The translations under genes were made by a program, and so were the position numbers. The notes beneath the pieces were generated by a model. The model was not told the DNA's origin, ran no database searches, and saw only the letters and a list, made by a program, of their open reading frames with translations. DNA of 64,000 nt from Amphiscolops sp. MND2022 (Eukaryota). The DNA is taken from assembly GCA_964187785.1 (NCBI GenBank), contig OZ076409.1:75766001-75830000 (forward strand). Direction: 5' to 3'. Positions 38,698 through 52,488 of the stretch are shown piece after piece; the stretch's first letter is position 1, and each line of letters opens with the position of its first letter.

Positions 38698-41600
38698 GTG
38701 GTCCGGGGCTGTTTTTGCCCCACAAGAACTTTGCGAGGCCTGGGGAGGGTCCCGGAGCCGAGCGCATTATCCAAAATACATCACTAGTCCACCGGGTCCG
38801 ATTTCGGCGATTTTGGAATCTAACCATACGATTTTAATTAAACTTTGCACACATACCTAAAATCAAATTATAAGAACTTTTTTCCTCTGACGTATCATGA
38901 TTGAAACATTTGTTGAAAAGTTATGTGCAAATGATCGTGTTTTTTGGCACTTTTTCGCATTTTTCACACAGTAGCTCCACACTTTACGCTATGCATTTGG
39001 CCCATTTTTTGCGTGCGCGGCATAAATGATGTCATGTTTACACATGCCAAAAATTATTTCTCAATTCGCAACAGGAGTGGAGATATGGCGGATAATATTG
39101 GCGGAAATTTTAACGAATACGAAAATTTGCACATATTTGGCCAACATTTGTTTCAAAAATGCGAAAAATTAAAAAGTCCGCGGATTGCGTTGAAACTTGG
39201 CACACGTGTAGTAGAACAAATTCTAAGAACTTTTTTCTTCTGACGTTTTTCCGAAAAATTGCATCTTCAACCTATATTTGCAATATTTCGGGTTTTTTGA
39301 TTCAAGGTGATTTATCACTCACATATTCAAAGTCCATTTTCAGCATGAAGCAACGCAGATACCGGCAATGTGCATATATTGCAAAATCATCAACAGCCAA
39401 CGGTCTACCGAACGGTCCAAAAAAATTTTCCCCTCGGGCCCAATCAAAGTGGCCAAAAGTGGCAAAAGGTTTTTTCCAACTGTATCACCATTACAAAATT
39501 GATGATTTGACCAGGAGGAACGGTCCGCACGGTCTCGGACCATAAGGTGAAAAAGTGTCAGTGAGTTATGGTGACGACCAAAATGACATCGGTTGACCTC
39601 TAAGAGGCCTCTGGAAAAATTTGATTTTTTTGAGTCACGGTCCGAGTTGATCTGTTACGTTCTATGAACAATTCATAATCATGTTACTCATAACCGAGTA
39701 CAGATAGCACCGTGGGTCATCTTTATCAAAATGAACAATGGGCAGCGGTCTAACGATTGAGTGCAAAAAATATACCTTAGTTGCCATAGTGAAAGAAAAA
39801 AAATTTCAGAAGTGTTGTTTTCAATTTTTCATGTCGACTCGCAGTTACAAAAATGTGATTTTCTCTTCAGCAACGGTCCGAACGGTCTCGACCGATAAGA
39901 TAAAAATTTGTCAGTGTGACATGGTGGCGCCCAAAAACACATCAGAACACTGGTAGGAAGCTTCTGAACGATTTTCGATTTTTCACGTGGGTCCGAGAGT
40001 TATAGTGTCACATCGTAACTACATTTCGGGTATGCATATCTCCTCACAGAGTACAGATAGCATCATGGGTCACCTTTTCGAAAAAGAACGTGGGCCACTG
40101 GTCTATCGATTGGTTATAAAAAGTTTTCAGTCACTGCTGCACGGCGTGAATAATATGCCAATATGGGGTATTTAGCATTTTTTTGCACGACTCGGACCTA
40201 CAAAAGGACCATTTCTGCTCCACCAACGGTCCGTACGGTCTTCGACCATAAGGTGAAAAAGTGTCAGTGTGCTATGGTGACGCCCAAAAACCCATCAGTA
40301 CACTTGTAGAGTGCTTCTGAAAAATTTTGGAATTTTTAGGAGAGTCCGAGTGTTATAGAGAGTTATGTTGTCACATCATAACTACATTTCGGGTATGTAT
40401 ATCTCCTGACAGAGTACAGATAGGAACATGGGTCATCTTTTGGAAAGTAAACGTGGCCCACTGGCCTACCGAATGGTGATAAAAAGTTTTCACTAGTTGC
40501 TACAGGGAATGATAAAAGTGCTTACATGTGTTACTTACCATTTTTTTAGGCGACTCGGACTTACAAAAAGCTTATTTGCTCGCCAACAACGGTCTCTACG
40601 GTCTCCGACCATAAGGTCAAAAAAGTTTTGTGAGCTATGGTGACGCCCAAGAACCCATCAGTTTACCTGTAGGATGATTCTGAAAAAATTTGTTTTTTTC
40701 CAGTTCACTATGTTAGATATTACATGGCGAACCGTGTTATTTTTCCAACAAAATTATGTTTTTGAGTGCCCGAAATTAGTTTTTAAAGCACAATAGCCAC
40801 ATAAAATGTTGTTTTGCATAACATGGGATGTGAATAACATGAAAAAAGTGTCCACTGTGGGTTTGGGGTCATTTTGAAAAAATCAGCTGCCATTGGACGT
40901 TACACATCAGAAAATCATACCTCACATATCAATATATGGGTTGAGTGAAAAATAGCTTAAATGATTTTTCAGTCAATCAAGACCCTTTTTTGTTCACAAC
41001 CACGTGTACAGCTGACGTTGAACGCATATTGATCTTCCGCAATGGTTACATTACGATTTTGAGTGACAAAAGCCCCGTTGACAAACAAAATTCCAAGATA
41101 AAGTTTGTTTCCAAATCATTTTTTGACGTATACGACCGCCAATTTCTGCCCACACACATCAATTATCCACTTCTCTTAGTCCAGTGGCATGTGAAAAACA
41201 CAACTAGGCATTGACAATCCACATACACTATAAATCGAGTAGTCATGGGCAACAATATTTACAAATCAGTAGTGAAATTTGTCTAAAATTGATAACACAT
41301 CACAATTTTGTTGGAATCAAACTAGCAAAATGGAGGTTTATCAGCAACTTTTGGCTTTCACAGCAACCCACTGGCCCTGTAATATAGGAAAAGGGTGTTT
41401 ACCGAACTTTTAAGGTTATATTTCAGAGTCTGAGGTAGCTAAAAATATCATACTGAAGAGACGCATGACTTCAACTTCAGTATTTTTCCCGATGTGTCAG
41501 CACTTTTTTGGTATCGGCGGTCCCACCAATACTGTTTTTGGTCTGACACTAAACCTTAGGATCAACCAAGGTGGATGCCAGACTTGAAAAATCATTGCAA

Positions 41601-43592
41601 GGAATTTCGACATGTCAAAAGTAGTGATGACAGGAGATATTTCCCAAAAATTCCAGTTATTTGTCAAGTTCCATTGTGCCTTTTTTAATCGGTCCTTGTC
41701 GGTTATGGTATTAACGCTCAACAACAACCTCACTGACAACAAACAACTTGGTTATAGTTATAAAAAGTATTTATAATACAACCATGCTCGGTCTGGACAG
41801 GTTTTTCATCCCATTCGTTGTTAACAAGCAAATTTTTTTCCCCAAAAACCCAATTTTTGACAGGTCGAAAATTGATTTCCCGTGTTTTGAACAACATTAT
41901 TGTGTCTGACGTAACCTGTGGCCTCCAAAATACTGAAAAACAGATATATGACTGGTATCAAATGCTTCATTGACATGTGAGCCACGATAACACGTTTTGC
42001 AAAGAAAAATTCAACTTTTAAGTTAAAATTTTGAAGACACATTTTCATAATAAAAACAAAATTCATAAAAAGTAACTTATTTCCCGTCAAATACTATTGA
42101 TATACTATCAGTGTTGCTAATATGAGGTCTATACAGCGGTGTATGGGAAAAATGTGGCGCATAAAGCATTGTGTAACACAAAACTTTCCAAAGTACTGCG
42201 CATTTTTCACTGTACTTTTTGGACTCTATGACAAAAATTTGATAGTGTAAACATCAATGAGCAGTTCAATTTAGTACGATTATTCAACTGTGCATATGTT
42301 TCAAAGTGCACGATCTTTCTGTTGTTCCAAAATCCTTTGTTACGGCTGAAAAGATTCATATGTTTTACAACGCAATGTTCATTAAAAGATAAATTAGCAA
42401 AGACTGAATCAATTTTACAAAACCTATCAAACTTCTCAATACGTCTTTCAGCACTTGGATTTTGCAGACTATATAGATCTGATTTGCATTTTTATAAAGA
42501 CATTATAACTGAATCTTGCATTTTTATAAAGAACTTATAAAAAAATTTCATGATAGCCTTCCAAGTTGGCCTTCGGCCAACTTGGAAGGCTAGCACTCCA
42601 AATACCAAAAAACAGGAGTTCCTTTATTCTCAAAATAGCTGTGGACAGTTTCATTCAACATTCTTTTCTCACGTTAATTGATAAATTCAGACCATAAACA
42701 TTTCCATTCGCTATAAGGAGATCATAATTGAGTTCCATAAAAACATCTTTCATTGTGTCGCTTAAAAATACCATAAAAACTAACTTGAAACATATGAATC
42801 GTATGTGGAACGTACATTCTATTTACCAGTGAGTGTCTACCCTTATTGGTTCCACCAAATCCTCTACCCCTCCACTAGACAGTACGTTACATCATACGTT
42901 GATGTATTTCACAGTGGTGACATAGGGCCAAAAAAAAACGAAATGGAGTGTATGCATTGCTAATGTTATTAAGTCAGCCAATTGTGGTAGGAAAGGTTCA
43001 ATACTACGAAAAATATCTATTCCAACTGACAATGATTTGGGGCAAACACATGGCACACAAAAATACCTCAATAATTTTCACCAATCAATTTCTTCCACAA
43101 AAACTTTTGTGTCCGATGGTGTATAATTTCCTAATTTGGAATCAGCCAGTTAGTCATTTTCGCATCTCAGCTCGGTCATAACAGAGCGTTCTTTTATGAA
43201 ATTGTCTCTACCCAAATTCACGTAACGAGGCTGCTACGTCCCCTATTTGGAGTGTTATTAGTGTTTATAAGGGATTAATCACTCTAATGAACATATACTT
43301 CTAATGTTGAAACTCTTTCACTTTTCTTTGTAAATTGTTAAAGTAGAACATTGCTGTTATTCAGCAGGAACTCGCTTTGGCTTGCAGAATGATGGAAAAT
43401 AAATGACAAGTCGCCCTGTAAGGCACCACGTGTCGTGGGGATGACAAATATGAAATAAGTTGAACACAACAAAGACTACTTTTGTCAACAGAAGGGAAAA
43501 CGAAAATTTTAATTATGAAAATTTTTATGTTTTTTAATACACACTTTCCTCGCATCTCGGCAGTGCAACTGCAACAACCTCGCCTCCACTGG
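38698..43592 (+). mobile_element. Family A unit, beta subtype (4895 bp)
   Basis: Closely matches 2961-7856; joined to the first D unit at ccaCTGG|GTGGCCGG. Confidence 0.75.
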
Positions 43593-44859
43593 GTGGCCGG
43601 GAATTTTTTTTCTGCTCAATTCTTTGCCACTTGGGGGAGGGGCCCCTGGTGGCTGTTACCCAAATTACATACCTACCCAAAGCGTCCGCTCCGGATACGA
43701 TCTCAAAACTGAGCCACACAATTTTCCTGAAACTTTGCATGTGGGCCTAAAATGAGATTGTAAGAACAATGATATAGGCGTTATTCCTGAATTTTTGCAA
43801 AAAGTTGGTCAAAAACGCAAAAAATGGGTCAAAATTGACCTCTTTTTCAACTTTTTTATTTTTGAGAGCCCATATCTCGGAACGAGGTGGCCCTAGCGAG
43901 CCGCATAAGGACTCCGTTTTTGCTGGGCACTTGATGGGGAGTGCGTGGACAAATTTTCGTCCAAATCAAAGTAAAATTGATTGAGTAATGAGTGATTTTT
44001 TGACGACCTTTTTTGCGAACCCCCTTGTATCTCTGCCATTTTCCGCCAAAATTTTCAAAAGTGATTCTACAGGAGGCAACCCCTGCCCAATTTTCTGCAA
44101 AACAAAACCATTTGGCCCTAAATACGAGGTTTCAGCGTTCTAGCATTCTCCGGTGAAAAGTTATAGGACTTATAAATTTGTCAGTGAAACGCAAAATTTG
44201 TAAAGTCAACTTCCGGTGCCCAAAAGTCACAAAACTTTCACACAACTAGTATTGCAAGTGAATGCATGTGGAAAGTACTGAAATAGACGAGAAAAATGAG
44301 CTATAGAACGACTCTCTACCTTAACCTGACGTTGACTTATGATGTTTTGAATGTGAGCATCCTATCTGATTTTAATGTCAAAAATGAGATTTTGTAAGTC
44401 ATGTCTCATCAAAAACTCATCGGAATACGTTCAATCATCTCTATAGCTGTTCAATTGCCGTAGCTTAGTACAGCAACGCCATTGAATGTCTTTGGACCCA
44501 TTTTGAAAATTATCGATACCGTCTTATTCGTCCGATATCACGAAACAGTTGAGTACATTCCATCTCCCTCTTTGGGGGGAGATGAGAATGTACTCGCTAA
44601 AGAGCTGGTACAATGGCCCATATTTGTTTTTAACTGACGCTTCTCATGATATTTCACACGTACACCTCTATTTGGTAACACATTTTCCTTTGCCCCATGT
44701 TTATATATGCTAAACCACTTCTTTACCTTACTACTTCTACTCAAACATCACCAACGTCAACGCCACATACTCGCATCAACGCCCACCGTCCGTAGGCATG
44801 CCGAGGCATGCCTTTCGACGACGTATACCTAGTATACGCGTTAGCGCGGTAGCCGCTAG
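43593..44859 (+). mobile_element. Family D unit 1 (1267 bp), divergent variant
   Basis: Starts GTGGCCGG, ends ccgCTAG; has the D core and both D hairpins. Confidence 0.72.
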
Positions 44860-46131
44860 GTGGCCGGAAATTTTTTTTTTCATCAAAATCTTTGCCATTG
44901 GGGGAGGGGCCCCGGATGGCCAGTAGTACGGGATAGCTTCCTACCAAATCCAGATGGAAAAAACGTGATTTCGGAAACTAGCCGTCAGAATTTGCTCAAA
45001 ATTTGCATACGGCTTCCTATGACAATCCTAAGAACTAATCCCTACTGGCATTTTGCCCAAAAAACGCAAAAAGTTGGTCAAAATCTTAGTTTTTTGGTCA
45101 AAAAATGGCAATTTTTCGAAAAAATTTTTTTTCAGAGACAATTACTCGGAACTGGTTCACCTAGCGCAAAAACGCCTAGCTGATTTATTGTTGGGCACTT
45201 CATGAGGAGTGTGTATACAAATTTTCGTCCAAATCGGATAAAAGTTGATTGAGAAATAACTGAAAATTTGAGGCATTTTTTTGGAAATTTTTGAAATCCC
45301 AGTCTATCTCTGCCGTTTTTTGCCCAGATTTTTTTCCAGACACTCTCCTAAAGACCTCCCCTGGCCGGTTTACCTCCCAGCAAAACCATTTGGCCCTAAA
45401 TACGGAGTTTCAGCATTCCAGCAAACCCCGGGTAAATGATAAATGACTTAGAATTTTTTCGAAAATTTTTCAAAAATTTTTTTTTCAAATTCAGGCCTCC
45501 TAAAGTCAAGAAAGTTCCACACAACTAGGATTGCAAGTGATAGCATGTGGAAAGTGCTTGAATAGGCGAGAAAAATGAGCTATCATACGACTCTGTAGCT
45601 TAACCTGACGTTGACTTATGATAGTTTTAGTGTGAGCTTCGTATGTGCTGAAAAAATCAAAGAAACCTAAAAGTCTTTTAAAAGTAATCAGAATACGTCC
45701 AATGAACCACAGAGCTGTTAAATTGCCGTTGTGCAGTGGAGCAACACCATTGAGAGTGTTTTGACCCATTTTGACAAGTTTTGATACAGTCTTGTTCATC
45801 CAATAGCACAAAACAGTTGAGTACATTCCATCTCCCCCCTTGTGGGGGAGATGAGAATGTACTCGCTAAAAGTCAGGTACTATAGCGCCCATTTTGTTTT
45901 ATTCGACGCTAGTGATGCTATTGCACACGAATACAATAGTTTTGTGAAATCATGTTTGACATGATGAATCTTACTATACCTTTAGTGTACGTTAACCTAC
46001 TACTACAACATCGCATCCGTAACGTCAACGCCACATACTCGCATCAACGCCCACCGTCCGTGGGCATGCCGAGGCATGCCCTTCGACGACGTATGCCAAA
46101 TAGCGCCACAGGGCGCAAACTTGTCCGCTAG
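44860..46131 (+). mobile_element. Family D unit 2 (1272 bp)
   Basis: D termini; same variant as 57653-58924. Confidence 0.72.
46062..46081. repeat. Subterminal GC-rich hairpin of family D (representative copy)
   Basis: GGGCATGCC-GA-GGCATGCCC, about 40-55 nt upstream of the terminal CTAG in all complete D units and in C. Confidence 0.9.
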
Positions 46132-47401
46132 GTGCCGGGATTTCTATTCGTTCGAGTATGTGGCGCGTGTGGGTAGGGCCCCTGGCGCGCTCTTTTATTT
46201 CGGGTACACCTACTCCAAATTCACGATGTGATTTCGACGATCTCGTAAACTAGCCACACGATTTGGCTGAAATTTGGCACACGTACCCCCCTCGGCACGG
46301 TGAAGATGATTCCCTACTGACGTTTTGCCCGCTAAACATTTTTTGTTGACCAAAATAACGGTTTTTTGGGGAAAATTTTGAACTTTTTTTAAATTTCGTC
46401 TTATATTTCGCCACGGGTTTACGCTAGCGCTTCAAAACCTTGCTAACGAAAGTTTGCAAACTGTCTCAGGAATGCGGTGTGAAAATTTCAGCCCAATCGG
46501 ACTTGAACTCGAGGAGATATAGCGTTTTTCCGGAGCGGGGGGGTTTCATTTTTCTAACGGTCCAGCTTATCTTTGCCATTTTTTCGAAAATGCTCTCGCC
46601 TAAAGGCCTCCCCTGGCCGGTTTTATTCCCAGCAAAACCATTTGGCCCTAAATACGGAGTTTCAGCGTTCCAGCATTCCCGGGCGAAAAGTTGTGGGACT
46701 TAGAAAATTTCAAAAATTTTCAAAAAAATTTTTTTCCGTTATTTGGGCCCCCAAAGTGGGGCAAAAGACCCCCCAACCAGTAAAACAAGTGAATGCATGT
46801 GGAAAGCCCTTGTTTAGACGAGAAAAATGGCGTTTAGAACGTTTTTTTATCGTAACTTGACATTGACTTTTGTCGTTTTGAAGGTGACCGTTAGATACGG
46901 AAAATTGATGTTTTGAGTGTTTATCCCATCTGAAAGCCATTGAGATACAACATGTTTTGCTCAAAACGTGTTTCATTGCAGTTTCGCTGTCCATTAACAC
47001 CCTTTGGTGTCTTTTGACGTAATTTTTTTTTCTATAATAACAATTTCTTTGTGTATTTATTCATTTTTTTCTCATCAAATAACTTGAAACAGTTGAGTAC
47101 ATTCCATCTCCCTTCCCGGGGGAGATGAGAATGTACTCGCTAAAGGTCAGGAACTACGGTCTATATCTTCCACAACACAAAAGAGATTGCAAATTGTTTC
47201 AGTTTGTCGCAGAAAACTTCTTTTTGCACTCTGTGACCCGACAAAGTGAACGTTTCTTACTTACTTTGAATCTCACCATACCACAACTCATCTCTAACGT
47301 CAACGCCCCCCACACACATCAACGCCCCCCGTCCGTGGGCATGCCGAGGCATGCCCTTCGACGACGTATAGCAAAATATATTCGAACGCGGTAGCCGCTA
47401 G
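46132..47401 (+). mobile_element. Family D unit 3 (1270 bp)
   Basis: Starts GTGCCGGG, ends CTAG; same variant as 58925-60195. Confidence 0.72.
47095..47138. repeat. Bulged inverted repeat of family D (representative copy)
   Basis: GAGTACATTC-CATCTCCC loop GGGAGATG-A-GAATGTACTC; present in all 16 D units, with a variant in C. Confidence 0.9.
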
Positions 47402-48671
47402 GTGGCCGTGTCTTTTCGACGTGCTTTTGCATCGAGGAGTGGGTAGGGCCCCGCGACGACCTAGAAGAATTGGATGCTCACCGAAACGTGCAGAATTCTA
47501 CGAGATCTCATAGTTTGAGCCATACGATTTTTCTGAAATTTGGCATGTGGCCTGGAATTGGTGAGTAGGTAAAACGTGTAGGAGGTAATTTTTCCCAAAT
47601 TCCATTGTGAGAGGAGATATGGGCAAATAACGGTCCCAAAAATGGCAAAATTGCACTTTTTTCAACTTTGTCAGCCCATATCTCGTTCCCAGGTGCCCGG
47701 AGCGGGACGCGTTAAGCTGATTATAAACTCTAGGGTGTTGAGGCGGTACGGTGAACTTGAGCCCGTTCCGATCGGACTTGTAGTCTTGGAGAAATAACGG
47801 TATTTTTGGGAATTTTTTTCTAACGGTCCAGCTTATCTTTGCCATTTTTTCGAAAATGTACTCGCCTAAAGGCCTCCCCCTGGCCGAATTTACTCCCAGC
47901 AAAACCATTTGGCCCTAAATACGGAGTTTCAGCGTTCCAGCATTCGCGGGCGAAAAGTTGTGGGACTTGGAAAAATTTCAAAAATTTTCAAATTTTTTTT
48001 TTACGTTTTCCGGGCCCCCAATGAAGGGGAAACGACCCCCCAACCCTTATTTTGAGTGAATGCATGTGGAAAGGCCATGGTTAGAGGAGAAAAATGCCGT
48101 TTAGATTGTCTTTCTATTTTAACTTGACATTGACTTATGACGTTTTGAATGTGATGTTAGGATGTGTGAGGCATGTGAAAAGTTGATGTTTTGAGTCTTT
48201 ATCTCATATGAAAGCAATTGAGATGCACGCTGTCCTGCTCAAAACGTCTTTCGTTGTAGTTTTCCAGTGCACCAGAACCCTTTGGTGTCATTTGAACATA
48301 CTTTTCTTCGGTTTATTAACATTTTTAATGTATTTATTCCAATTTTTATTATCTTATAGCTCAAAACAGTTGAGTACATTTCATCTCCCTTTCGGGGGAG
48401 ATGAGAATGTACTCGCTAAAGACCTAGCGCCATGACCAAAATTTGAAGCGCACGTTTTGTATCTTCTTACAGACTTGTTTTTGTATTTTTTCGGATTTTT
48501 CTAAAAAATAATAACATACTTGAAATACATTACTTGACTTTACTACTACATTCCACCTCCAACGTCAACGCCCCCCTGCTTGCATCAACGCCCACCGTCC
48601 GTGGGCATGCCGAGGCATGCCCTTCGACGACGTATGCCAAATGCCCAGTGCCACGCAGTCATTTTCGCTAG
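47402..48671 (+). mobile_element. Family D unit 4 (1270 bp)
   Basis: Starts GTGGCCGTGTC; near-identical to unit 5. Confidence 0.72.
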
Positions 48672-49940
48672 GTGGCCGTGTCTTTTCGACGTGCTTTTGC
48701 ATCGAGGAGTGGGTAGGGCCCCGCGACGACCTAGAAGAATTGGATGCTCACCGAAACGTGCAGAATTCTACGAGATCTCATAGTTTGAGCCATACGATTT
48801 TGCTGAAATTTGGCATGTGGCCTGGAATTGGTGAGTAGGTAAAACGTGTAGGAGGTGATTTTTCCCAAATTCCACTCTGAGACGAGATATGGGCAAATAA
48901 CGGTCCCAAAAATGGCAAAATTGCACTTTTTTCAACTTTGTCAGCCCATATCTCGTTCCCAGGTGCCCGGAGCGGGACGCGTTAAGCTGATTATAAACTC
49001 TAGGGTGTTGAGGCGGTACGGTGAACTTTGGCCCGTTCCGATCGGACTTGTAGTCTTGGAGAAATAACGGTATTTTTGGGAAATTTTTTCTAACGGTCCA
49101 GCTTATCTTTGCCATTTTTCGAAAATGTACTCGCCTAAAGGCCTCCCCCTGGCCGAATTTACTCCCAGCAAAACCATTTGGCCCTAAATACGGAGTTTCA
49201 GCGTTCCAGCATTCCCGGGCGAAAAGTTGTGGGACTTGGAAAAATTTCAAAAATTTTCAAAATTTTTTTTTACGTTTTCCGGGCCCCCAATGAAGGGGAA
49301 ACGACCCCCCAACCCTTATTTTGAGTGAATGCATGTGGAAAGGCCATGGTTAGAGGAGAAAAATGCCGTTTAGATTGTCTTTCTATTTTAACTTGACATT
49401 GACTTATGACGTTTTGAATGTGATGTTAGGATGTGTGAGGCATGTGAAAAGTTGATGTTTTGAGTCTTTATCTCATATGAAAGCAATTGAGATGCACGCT
49501 GTCCTGCTCAAAACGTCTTTCGTTGTAGTTTTCCAGTGCACCAGAACCCTTTGGTGTCATTTGAACATACTTTTCTTCGGTTTATTAACATTTTTAATGT
49601 ATTTATTCCAATTTTTATTATCTTATAGCTCAAAACAGTTGAGTACATTTCATCTCCCTTTCGGGGGAGATGAGAATGTACTCGCTAAAGACCTAGCGCC
49701 ATGACCAAAATTTGAAGCGCACGTTTTGTATCTTCTTACAGACTTGTTTTTGTATTTTTTCGGATTTTTCTAAAAAATAATAATATACTTGAAATACATT
49801 ACTTGACTTTACTACTACATTCCACCTCCAACGTCAACGCCCCCCTGCTTGCATCAACGCCCACCGTCCGTGGGCATGCCGAGGCATGCCCTTCGACGAC
49901 GTATGCCAAATGCCCAGTGCCACGCAGTCATTTTCGCTAG
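48672..49940 (+). mobile_element. Family D unit 5 (1269 bp)
   Basis: Near-identical to unit 4. Confidence 0.72.
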
Positions 49941-51206
49941 GTGGCCGTGTCTTTTCGACGTGCTTTTGCATTGAGGAGTGGGTAGGGCCCCGCGACGACC
50001 TAGAAGAATTGGATGCTCACCGAAACGTGCAGAATTCTACGAGATCTCATAGTTTGAGCCATACGATTTTGCTGAAATTTGGCATGTGGCCTGGAATTGG
50101 TGAGTAGGTAAAACGTGTAGGAGGTGATTTTTCCCAAATTCCACTGTGAGACGAGATATGGGCAAATAACGGTCCCAAAAATGGCAAAAATGCACTTTTT
50201 TCAACTTTGTCAGCCCATATCTCGTTCCCAGGTGCCCGGAGCGGGACGCGTTAAGCTGATTATAAACTCTAGGGTGTTGAGGCTGTACGGGGAAGTCAGG
50301 CCCGTTCCGATCGGACTTGTAGTCTTGGAGAAATAACGGTATTTTTGGGGAACCTTTTCTAACGGTCCAGCTTATCTTTGCCATTTTTTCGAAAATGTAC
50401 TCGCCTAAAGGCCTCCCCCTGGCCGAATTTACTCCCAGCAAAACCATTTGGCCCTAAATACGGAGTTTCAGCGTTCCAGCATTCCCGGGCGAAAAGTTGT
50501 GGGACTTGGAAAAATTTCAAAAATTTTCAAAAAAATTTTTTTTTCGTTTTCCGGGCCCCCAATGAAGGGGAAACGACCCCCCAACCAGTAATTTGAGTGA
50601 ATTCATGTGGAAAGCCCTTGTTTTGACGAGAAAAATACCGTTTAGAACATCTTTTTATCTTGACTCAACGTTGACTTATGACGTTTTGAATGTGATGTAA
50701 GGATGTAGGAGGCATGTGATAAGTTGATGTTTTGAGTCTTTATCTCATATGAAAGCGGTTGAGATGCAAGCTGTCCTGCTCAAAACGTCTCTCGTTATAA
50801 TTTTCCAGTGCACCAATACCCTTTGGTGTCATATAAACTTTTTGTCGATATATTAACAATTTTAATGTATTTATTCCAATTTTTATTATCTTATAACTCA
50901 AAACAGTTGAGTACATTTCATCTCCCTTTCGGGGGAGATGAGAATGTACTCGCTAAAGACCTAGCGCCATGACCAAAAGTTTGAAAACCACGTTTTTTAT
51001 CTTCTTACAGACTTGTTTTTGTATTTTTTCGGAATTTTTTAAAAATTAATATACTTGAAATACATTACTTGACTTTACTACTACAATCCACCTTCAACGT
51101 CAACGCCCCCCTGCTTGCATCAACGCCCACCGTCCGTGGGCATGCCGAGGCATGCCCTTCGACGACGTATGCCAAATGCCCAGTGCCACGCAGTCATTAT
51201 CGCTAG
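49941..51206 (+). mobile_element. Family D unit 6 (1266 bp)
   Basis: Left arm as in units 4 and 5, more diverged right arm. Confidence 0.72.
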
Positions 51207-52488
51207 GTGGCCGTGTCTTTTCGACGTGCTTTTGCATTGAGGAGTGGGTAGGGCCCCGCGACGACCTAGAAGAATTGGATGCTCACCGAAACGTGCAGAA
51301 TTCTACGAGATCTCATAGTTTGAGCCATACGATTTTTCTGAAATTTGGCATGTGGCCTGGAATTGGTGAGTAGGTAAAACGTGTAGAAGGTAATTTTTCC
51401 CAAATTCCACTGTGAGAGGAGATATGGGCAAATAACGGACCCAAAAATGGCAAAAATGCACATTTTTCAACTTTGTCAGCCAATATCTCTTTTCCAGGTG
51501 CCCGTAGCGTTCCGCACGTGGACATCAATATTGCTCAGCGCTGTTGGAGGAGTGCGTGGACAAATTTTGGTTTGAATCGGACTTAAACTTGACGAGAAAT
51601 TAACGGTTTTTTGGGCGTTTCCGGGGTAAATTTTTTAACGGTCCAGCTTATCTTTGCCATTTTTTCGAAAATGTACATGCCTAAAGGCCTCCCCCTGGCC
51701 GAATTTACTCCCAGCAAACCCATTTGGCACTAAATACGGAGTTTCAGCGTTCCAGCATTCCGGGGCGGAAAGTTGTGGGACTTGGAAAAATTTCAAAATT
51801 TTTTCAAAAATTTTTTTTCCCGTTTTCCGGGCCCCCAATGAAGGGGAACGACCCCCCAACCAGTATTTTGAGTGAATTCATGTGGAACGCCCATGTTTGG
51901 AGGAGAAAAATGCCGTTTAGCACATCTTTTTATCTTAACTTGACATTGACTTATGACGTTTTGAATGTGATGTTAGGATATATGAAGCATGTTAAAAGTT
52001 GAAGTTTTGAGTCTTTATCTCATCGGAAAACCATTGAGATACAAGCAGTTTTGCTAAAAACGATTTTCATTGTAGGTTAGCAGAGTATTAGTACACTTTG
52101 ATGTCATTTGAGTATTTTTTTCTTCTATATAATAACTGTTTTTATGTATTTATTCCAATTTATCTCATCTTTTAACATCAAGCAGTTGAGTACATTTCAT
52201 CTCCCTTTCGGGGGAGATGAGAATGTACTCGCTAAAAACCTAATGCTATGGCGCCAATGTTTGGATGGGAAGTTTTCTATGCTTTGAGAAAAGTTATTTT
52301 TAATTACTTGATTTTTTAAAACAATAATTAACATGAAGTACATTACTTGCTCCTACTACTACCACCATACATCTCTAACGTCAACGCCCCCTGCTTGCAT
52401 CAACGCCCCATCGTCCGTGGGCATGCCGAGGCATGCCCTTCGACGACGTATGCCAAATGCCCAGTGCCACGCAGTCTTTCCCCGCTAG
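51207..52488 (+). mobile_element. Family D unit 7 (1282 bp)
   Basis: Unit-4 head with a different inner left arm (gtgcccgtagcgttccgcacgtggac). Confidence 0.72.

Noticed and set aside
2961..43592. Histone gene cluster or rDNA repeat, suggested by the 4.9-kb period
   Set aside because: No histone ORFs and no recognisable rRNA sequence.
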